A stretch of DNA of 64,000 bases from a bacterium. Its GTDB lineage: Bacteria > Zhuqueibacterota > Zhuqueibacteria > Oceanimicrobiales > Oceanimicrobiaceae. Below, piece after piece: positions 62,212-64,000 of this stretch; position 1 is the first letter of the stretch, and the number at the start of each line of letters is the position of its first letter. The stretch covers positions 1-64,000 of the forward strand of contig JBHHXN010000009.1 in assembly GCA_046757025.1 (NCBI GenBank), written 5' to 3'. The notes beneath the pieces are model-generated. The model was not told the DNA's origin and made no database searches. It was given only the letters and a program-made list of their open reading frames with translations. The position numbers and the translations under genes are program-made.

Positions 62212-63048
62212 ATGAGCAATTTTATTTTTGAATCTATGAATATTCGTTGGAAATTAAATCAGCGGCAAAAGTTCCTGGTAATTGTTTTATGTTGGATTGC
62301 ATTATTTAGCCCGTTTTCCTGCTCGCAAAAGAAAACCCATTCTGACGAATCGTCACCATTGCAAGTATTTGCGGCCGCCAGTTTGACCAGTGTGATGCCG
62401 CAAATTCAGCCGGCGTTTCAACTCCACTTTCCCGAAGCCAGAATAGATTTCAATTTTGCGGCTTCTTCGATTTTAGCCAGGCAAATCGAGTATGGCGCCC
62501 GGGCAGATATTTTTATCTCTGCCAATCCGCAATGGAGCGATTGGCTGCAAAAGCAACAGTTACTCACTCATCCTCACAAAAAAGAATTCTTGAGCAATTC
62601 ACTGGTTATTATCGTACCGCTTCAAAACCGAGCTCAAATTACATCTGTAAATCAATTAACGAAGCCCCAGGTCAAAAGAATCGCCCTGGCCGATTGGGCG
62701 CATGTGCCCGCCGGCATTTATGCGAAAACGGCGCTTGAAAAATATCACATCTGGAAACAAATTGCACCTAAATGCCTGCCAGCGCTGGACGTCAGAGCAG
62801 CCCTGGCTTATGTGGAAAGGGGCGACGTGGACTGTGGGATAGTTTATCGCACCGATGCCAGCATCAGCGTAAAAATTCAAATTGTCAGCGAGCTGCCTGA
62901 TGAAATACAGCCTGAAATTCACTACACAACCGGCCTGGTGACAAGTTCACGGCATCCGCTTGCTCGGCCTTTTCTGGATTTTTTTTATTCAAATATTGCG
63001 AAAGACATTTTTCTGGAAAACGGATTCAAAATGGTGAACCATGAATGA
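62212..63048 (+). CDS. modA: Molybdate ABC transporter substrate-binding lipoprotein
   Basis: VFAAASL, FAASSILARQI..GA.ADIFISA, VPAGIYA and GIVY.TDA; start may be 62236. Confidence 0.93.
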   Translation: MSNFIFESMNIRWKLNQRQKFLVIVLCWIALFSPFSCSQKKTHSDESSPLQVFAAASLTSVMPQIQPAFQLHFPEARIDFNFAASSILARQIEYGARADIFISANPQWSDWLQKQQLLTHPHKKEFLSNSLVIIVPLQNRAQITSVNQLTKPQVKRIALADWAHVPAGIYAKTALEKYHIWKQIAPKCLPALDVRAALAYVERGDVDCGIVYRTDASISVKIQIVSELPDEIQPEIHYTTGLVTSSRHPLARPFLDFFYSNIAKDIFLENGFKMVNHE

Positions 63049-63721
63049 CCAATTTCAAATTATCTTTCTTTCTTTGAAAGTGGCGGTGGTGGCCACGGCG
63101 ATCATTTTAGCTCCGGGCACGTATATTGGCTGGCTGTTTGCGAGAAAAAATTTTATTGGCAAATCCTTTTTAGATGGAATCGTAAACGTACCATTGGTGC
63201 TGCCGCCAGTGGTGACCGGCTATTTTCTACTGGTCATTTTGGGGCCAGGCGGATTCGTCGGAAGATGGCTTGACGACTGGTTCAATTTCAACATCGCCTT
63301 CACCTGGAAAGCGGCGGTGGCGGCTTCGGCGGTGGTCAGCTTTCCGTTGCTGGTGCGAGCCGTGCGCGTGGCCATTGAATCGGTTGACAATAAGTTGGAA
63401 GAGGCTGCCAGAATGCTGCGCGCTAGTGAATGGAACATTTTCTGGAGAATTACTTTGCCATTATCCGCCAATGGAATTATCGCTGGCGCGATTCTCGCAT
63501 TTGCCAGAGGTCTGGGGGAATTTGGCGCCACGATTATTGTTGCCAGCAACATTCCAGGCAAAACGCAGACCATCCCTCTGGCGATTTTCACTTTGTTAAA
63601 TCAACCAGATGGGGAAGCCAAAGCGCGCATGTTGATCATCATTTCCATTGTTTTTTCTTACTTGAGTATTCTGGTGAATGAGCTGTTTTTGCGACGATTT
63701 AAAAACAGAATGTCTGTTTGA
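63041..63721 (+). CDS. modB: Molybdate ABC transporter permease
   Basis: PLVLPPVVTGY, LEEAAR and FARGLGEFGAT. Confidence 0.95.
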   Translation: MNDQFQIIFLSLKVAVVATAIILAPGTYIGWLFARKNFIGKSFLDGIVNVPLVLPPVVTGYFLLVILGPGGFVGRWLDDWFNFNIAFTWKAAVAASAVVSFPLLVRAVRVAIESVDNKLEEAARMLRASEWNIFWRITLPLSANGIIAGAILAFARGLGEFGATIIVASNIPGKTQTIPLAIFTLLNQPDGEAKARMLIIISIVFSYLSILVNELFLRRFKNRMSV

Positions 63722-63791
63722 AAATTGGCGACAAAACTGCCCAAACCAAAGTGAATGATGCGGTGAAACGCAAAAACCGAGTTAACAATTC

Positions 63792-64000
63792 ATGCTTAAA
63801 ATATCTGTTTCAACAAAATTATTAAATTTTGATTACGAGTTAAATATCGAGATCAAACCGGCATTCTCCGCGCTCTTCGGGGCGTCGGGTTCGGGCAAAA
63901 CGACCACGCTTAATCTTATCGCCGGCCTTTCGAAACCAGCCAAAGGCGAGATTGTCCTGGGAGTTAAAACTCTGTATTCAGACAAACAGAAGATCCATAT
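63792..64000 (+). CDS. modC: Molybdate ABC transporter ATPase, 5' part (truncated by the window end)
   Basis: Manual translation MLKISVS...ALFGASGSGKTTTLNLIAGL (Walker A) directly after modB. Confidence 0.88.
   Translation, partial: MLKISVSTKLLNFDYELNIEIKPAFSALFGASGSGKTTTLNLIAGLSKPAKGEIVLGVKTLYSDKQKIH

Noticed and set aside
1..64000. CRISPR array, integron cassettes, prophage, retron/DGR or intact transposase
   Set aside because: No regularly spaced direct repeats and no cas, integrase, reverse transcriptase or phage-like ORFs were recognised

Overview
Gene-dense bacterial chromosomal window with mostly housekeeping content. The uppS/bamA/skp/fabZ/dxr/rseP arrangement and the DUF5916, M64 and DUF3098-tRNA genes suggest a diderm of the FCB group, perhaps KSB1/Calditrichota-like; this is inference only. 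Bases 1-29.1 kb form an almost unbroken minus-strand run: uppS, tamB-like, bamA, skp, fabZ, lipoate ligase, a putative beta-barrel, dxr, rseP, an aminotransferase, gcvT, thiE, ftsK and lolA, followed by an accessory block (SDR, SCP2, FAD oxidase, AlsT, PLP desulfhydrase, amidohydrolase, Fpg/Nei, SLC13, USP). The right half holds an OmpA-C protein, mtnA, trpF, a B12 radical SAM, phzF, an M64 peptidase, ggt, uvrA, a patatin, tRNA-Asp, DUF5916, an ECF sigma/anti-sigma pair, pruA, spmAB, a hybrid kinase, a Nudix hydrolase, a frameshifted lipoprotein and modABC. I saw no CRISPR array, prophage or intact transposase. The most notable observations are: (i) an ECF sigma factor paired with a twin zinc-finger/TM/TPR anti-sigma, with an ECF-type promoter between them; (ii) a 267-bp MITE-like element with alternative stems that hide a Shine-Dalgarno, next to a lipoprotein broken at a T8 tract; (iii) a structured leader/ncRNA at about 31.2 kb; (iv) no lpxD/lpxC/lpxA in the bamA-skp-fabZ operon; (v) a radical SAM with a STAS-like tail. 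All family calls come from motif recognition by eye, not from database searches.
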